From: Bacteroidales bacterium
GTDB lineage: Bacteria > Bacteroidota > Bacteroidia > Bacteroidales > F082
Direction of reading: 5' to 3'
Assembly: GCA_024400395.1 (NCBI GenBank)
Contig: JAKSMW010000004.1
Location: forward strand, 34,467-98,466
Length of the DNA: 64,000 bases
A program made the translations under genes and the position numbers. Positions 60,709-64,000 of this stretch are shown here, in pieces. Under the pieces are notes generated by a model that worked only from the letters and a program-made list of their open reading frames with translations, searched no databases and was not told where the DNA came from. The stretch's first letter is position 1; every line of letters starts with the position of its first letter.

Positions 60709-62292
60709 TTATTTATTCATCAGTTCGATGATTTCATTGGCGGCGTTTTTCAGCACGTCTGTGATCTCATCTGTATATTTGCCGGCTTTGAGTTCGGCCA
60801 TTGTGTCTTGATGTGAGCTGTTGAGCAGCGCGAGGTATCTCTTCTCGAAATCTGCCACCTGATTTGGCTGGATCTTCCTAAGCAGGTTGTTGACGCCGCA
60901 ATAGATGATTGCGACTTCTTCTTCCACTCTAAGAGGTGACGACTGCGGTTGGATAAGCATCTGCACGTTGCGGCGGCCTTTGTCGAGAACCGCTTGTGTC
61001 GCGGCGTCGAGGTCAGAACCGAATTTCGAGAATGCCTCCAATTCACGGAACTGCGCCTGGTCGAGTTTCAGAGTACCTGCGACTTTCTTCATTGACTTGA
61101 TCTGTGCCTTGCCGCCGACGCGCGATACCGAGATACCGACGTTGATGGCGGGACGGATACCTGCGTTGAAGAGGTTGGTCTCTAAGAATATCTGTCCGTC
61201 GGTGATGGAGATGACGTTCGTCGGGATGTATGCCGACACGTCGCCGGCCTGTGTCTCGATAATCGGAAGTGCCGTCAATGAACCGCCGCCTTTGACTTTC
61301 CCTTTAAGGCTTTCCGGGAGGTCGTTCATTTTTGCCGCGATCTCATCGTTGTTGATAATCTTCGCTGCTCTTTCGAGGAGACGTGAGTGCAGGTAGAACA
61401 CGTCGCCCGGATATGCTTCACGTCCTGGTGGTCTGCGGAGAAGCAAGGAGACTTCGCGGTAAGCCACGGCCTGTTTCGAGAGGTCATCGTAGATGATGAG
61501 TGCCGAGCGGCCAGTGTCGCGGAAATATTCACCGATGGCTGCGCCTGCGAACGGCGCGTAATATTGCATTGCGGCTGTGTCGGACGCAGTCGCGGCTACC
61601 ACGATTGTGTATGGAAGCGCGCCGTGGTCTTCGAGGTTCTGCACGATGTTGGCGATTGTCGAACCTTTCTGTCCGATAGCCACATAGATGCAATAGACCG
61701 GTTCGCCTTTGTCGTAAAACTCCTTCTGGTTGATGATGGTGTCGATGGCGATTGCTGTCTTGCCTGTCTGACGGTCGCCGATGATAAGCTCACGTTGTCC
61801 GCGTCCGATCGGGATCATTGCGTCGATAGCCTTGATGCCGGTCTGGAGTGGTTCATCGACCGGTTTGCGGAAGATGACACCCGGAGCTTTGCGTTCAAGT
61901 GGCATCTCCACTGTCTCGCCTTTGATTTCGCCCTTGCCGTCGATTGGGTTGCCTAATGTGTTGATGACGCGTCCGAGCATGCCTTCGCCGACGTTGACTG
62001 ATGCGATGCGGTGGGTGCAGACGACAGTGTCGCCTTCCTGAATGTCACCGGCGTCGTTGAGAAGCACCACGCCCACGTTGTCCTCTTCGAGGTTCTGGAC
62101 GATGCCCATCACACCGTTTTTTTCAAACTCGACGAGCTCGCCTGACTCGGCGTTCCCCATGCCATAAACACGCGCCACGCCGTCACCGACGTTTAACACC
62201 GTGCCTTTGACATCAAGAGTTGCCTTGTTTTCGAAGTTGGTCAACTCGTCAAGTAATATTGCTGATACTTCAGCGGGTTTTATTTTTCCCAT
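60709..62292 (-). CDS. atpA: F-type ATP synthase subunit alpha
   Basis: GDRQTGKT P-loop and the remaining conserved alpha-subunit blocks. Confidence 0.95.
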   Translation of the reverse strand: MGKIKPAEVSAILLDELTNFENKATLDVKGTVLNVGDGVARVYGMGNAESGELVEFEKNGVMGIVQNLEEDNVGVVLLNDAGDIQEGDTVVCTHRIASVNVGEGMLGRVINTLGNPIDGKGEIKGETVEMPLERKAPGVIFRKPVDEPLQTGIKAIDAMIPIGRGQRELIIGDRQTGKTAIAIDTIINQKEFYDKGEPVYCIYVAIGQKGSTIANIVQNLEDHGALPYTIVVAATASDTAAMQYYAPFAGAAIGEYFRDTGRSALIIYDDLSKQAVAYREVSLLLRRPPGREAYPGDVFYLHSRLLERAAKIINNDEIAAKMNDLPESLKGKVKGGGSLTALPIIETQAGDVSAYIPTNVISITDGQIFLETNLFNAGIRPAINVGISVSRVGGKAQIKSMKKVAGTLKLDQAQFRELEAFSKFGSDLDAATQAVLDKGRRNVQMLIQPQSSPLRVEEEVAIIYCGVNNLLRKIQPNQVADFEKRYLALLNSSHQDTMAELKAGKYTDEITDVLKNAANEIIELMNK

Positions 62293-62328
62293 ATTTAATT
62301 TTTTGTCTGATTATCAAACTGTTAATTA

Positions 62329-62886
62329 TCAATATCCTTTAACATAAAGGTTCTCGGTGAATATCTTCGAAAGCCGTTTCAGCTTCGTCCTGATACTCGC
62401 GTCGTATTCGTAGTCGCCACGGCGGATGATGAAACCTCCGATGATTTTTTCATCAATCTTGTTGACGATCTGAATGTGGCCTTTGATGATATCTTTCACG
62501 AAAGTGAGGAATTTCTGTCTTGTGGCCTCGTCGATTTCAACGGCGGTGGTTATTGTCACGACCTCTATGTTATTGTATTCGTTATATAAATCGCGATATT
62601 GTTCGTATATGTCTCCAATTATCTCACTGCGGTTCTTCTCAATCATCATTGAGATGAAATTCAATGTCTTGGCTGAGACGTTGTCCTTGAAGATGCGTAC
62701 AAGTATATCTGATTTCTTTTTGTCGGAGACAAACGGTCCGGATAGTAATCCACGCAGTTCGTGACTCTCGTTGATTGTCTCGCAAACAGTCTCGAGGTCC
62801 GACAGTCCTTCTTCCGTCATGTTGTTTTTTATGGCGAAATCGAGGAATGCCTTGGCGTATCGGCGTGTCAAAAGAGTGTCTTTCAT
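62329..62886 (-). CDS. atpH: F-type ATP synthase subunit delta (OSCP)
   Basis: 185 aa with a TRRYAKAFLDFA N-terminus. Located between atpF and atpA. Confidence 0.85.
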   Translation of the reverse strand: MKDTLLTRRYAKAFLDFAIKNNMTEEGLSDLETVCETINESHELRGLLSGPFVSDKKKSDILVRIFKDNVSAKTLNFISMMIEKNRSEIIGDIYEQYRDLYNEYNNIEVVTITTAVEIDEATRQKFLTFVKDIIKGHIQIVNKIDEKIIGGFIIRRGDYEYDASIRTKLKRLSKIFTENLYVKGY

Positions 62887-62896
62887 ACTACCTTAA

Positions 62897-63394
62897 TTAA
62901 TTGTTGTTTTCCGTTTCCTTGATGATTCTCTCTATGTAATCCATTTGTGCCTGGTTGCTGTCGAGTTGTTTCTCAAGGATTTTCTCCGCCACCTTTATTG
63001 AGATGTTGGCGATTTCATTCTTGATGTCGGTCAGCGCGGCTTTGCGTTCATTCTCAATGGTTTCCTTTGCGGTTTCCACGATGCGGTTTGTCTCTTCCGT
63101 CGCCTTAGCCTTTGCTTCCTCGATGATTCTGTCACGTGTCGAACGCGCGTCGGTCAAGATTTTGTCGCGTTCCTCGCGTGCTTCCTGGAGGACTTTCTCG
63201 TTGTCGGCCTGAAGTTGTTTCATCTCTTCATGTGTGCGTTCCGCCAGTTCAAGAGCTTCGGTGATTTTTTCCTCGCGTTTCTTCAAAGCCTTGCCGATGA
63301 TTGGGAAAGCGACTTTAGCCAAAACTAAAAACACTATGCCGAATGCCAATGTCATCCAGAAAATCAACCCAAAATCAGGAGTTATAAGTTTCAT
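62897..63394 (-). CDS. atpF: F-type ATP synthase subunit b
   Basis: Single N-terminal TM helix followed by a long charged helix. Position in the operon supports the call. Confidence 0.85.
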   Translation of the reverse strand: MKLITPDFGLIFWMTLAFGIVFLVLAKVAFPIIGKALKKREEKITEALELAERTHEEMKQLQADNEKVLQEAREERDKILTDARSTRDRIIEEAKAKATEETNRIVETAKETIENERKAALTDIKNEIANISIKVAEKILEKQLDSNQAQMDYIERIIKETENNN

Positions 63395-63474
63395 TTCTTT
63401 TATTTTTTGTTTGTGTTTTCATTTTTAAAATCCCAGGTCGCAACCAACCGTTGCAACCTGAGACTGTTCGCTTG

Positions 63475-63741
63475 TTAAAGTGCGATGAGCAGGCAGACGA
63501 CCAAAGCGAAGAATGACACACCTTCGATAAGAGCGGCTGCGATGATCATGCTGGTCTGGATGCTTCCGGCTGCTTCCGGCTGGCGTGCCATTGATTCCAA
63601 TGCGCTGCTTCCGATTTTGCCGATGCCCATTGCTGCACCGATTGTTGCGATACCTGCTGCAAGACCTGCACCTAATTTTGCCAACGGTGCCAAGTCAACT
63701 GCTGCCTTTGCTACTTCTTGTAACATGACTAATAATGACAT
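63475..63741 (-). CDS. atpE: F-type ATP synthase subunit c
   Basis: 88-aa two-helix proteolipid with a GAAMGIGKIG glycine zipper and AALIEG carboxylate. Confidence 0.9.
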   Translation of the reverse strand: MSLLVMLQEVAKAAVDLAPLAKLGAGLAAGIATIGAAMGIGKIGSSALESMARQPEAAGSIQTSMIIAAALIEGVSFFALVVCLLIAL

Positions 63742-63815
63742 AACTTTAAATTTTTAAAAGTTTATATAATTCAATAATTTAAAATTCAATAATTTACATC
63801 GTGCATCAGCTTCTT

Positions 63816-64000
63816 TTAACCGTGATGTTCTTCTTTGCTGGCCATTCCGAAATACAATGCCGAAAGCAGTGTGAAAACGTAAGCCTGGATGTATGCGACC
63901 AAAAGTTCAAGCACATCGACGAAGATGGCGAGGAGCAACGACAGCACCGACATCGCGCCGCCCGCCGCCGCACTCATCTCCCCGAGGATGAAAATCATGC
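63816..64000 (-). CDS. atpB: F-type ATP synthase subunit a, C-terminal part (truncated by window edge)
   Basis: C-terminal TM helices ...LLVAYIQAYVFTLLSALYFGMA. Position directly upstream of atpE. Confidence 0.75.
   Translation of the reverse strand, partial: MIFILGEMSAAAGGAMSVLSLLLAIFVDVLELLVAYIQAYVFTLLSALYFGMASKEEHHG

Noticed and set aside
59804-64000. ATP synthase operon lacks atpD/atpC after atpG.
   Set aside because: As far as I know, a split atpBEFHAG / atpDC arrangement is the normal organisation in Bacteroidota, so this is not an anomaly.

Overview
A 64-kb chromosomal segment of a Bacteroidota (Bacteroidales-like) genome. The assignment rests on exact TAnnTTTG -7 promoter boxes before most operons, four proteins with T9SS C-terminal sorting domains, an UpxY-type NusG paralog, and an atpB'EFHAG operon without atpDC. 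I count about 49 protein genes, one tRNA-Arg(CCT) and one gene remnant. I saw no rRNA, CRISPR array, transposase or integrase. Housekeeping content: aspS, pfkA, rodA-mrdA, recO, ade, an RlmI-like methyltransferase, a U32 peptidase, F-type ATP synthase and a mevalonate-pathway pair. Envelope-glycan content: lipoprotein-wza-wzc-upxY, YfhO plus two glycosyltransferases, and an RfaE-II-like gene. Regions worth a second look: (1) a full-architecture PPAD-like (Porphyromonas-type peptidylarginine deiminase) T9SS cargo and a PorZ-like double propeller. (2) A tight 4-gene operon of signal-peptide proteins that appear to share an unassigned N-terminal module and end in a triplicated LRR protein. (3) A radical-SAM protein fused to an unassigned C-terminal domain. 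(4) Two orphan AAA+ ATPase genes whose C-termini carry D...ExK nuclease-like motifs, each preceded by tandem direct repeats. (5) An AT-rich block between an SGNH-hydrolase gene scar and tRNA-Arg, holding a TPR-LuxR transmembrane regulator, helically phased TTGCCCCCT repeats and three paralogous lipoproteins. (6) An orphan tlpA-hypA-hypB operon. (7) A family of intergenic tandem arrays built on GTGCAACTTGTG / AAYTYGTG. All functional calls come from reading motifs by eye. No database search was run.
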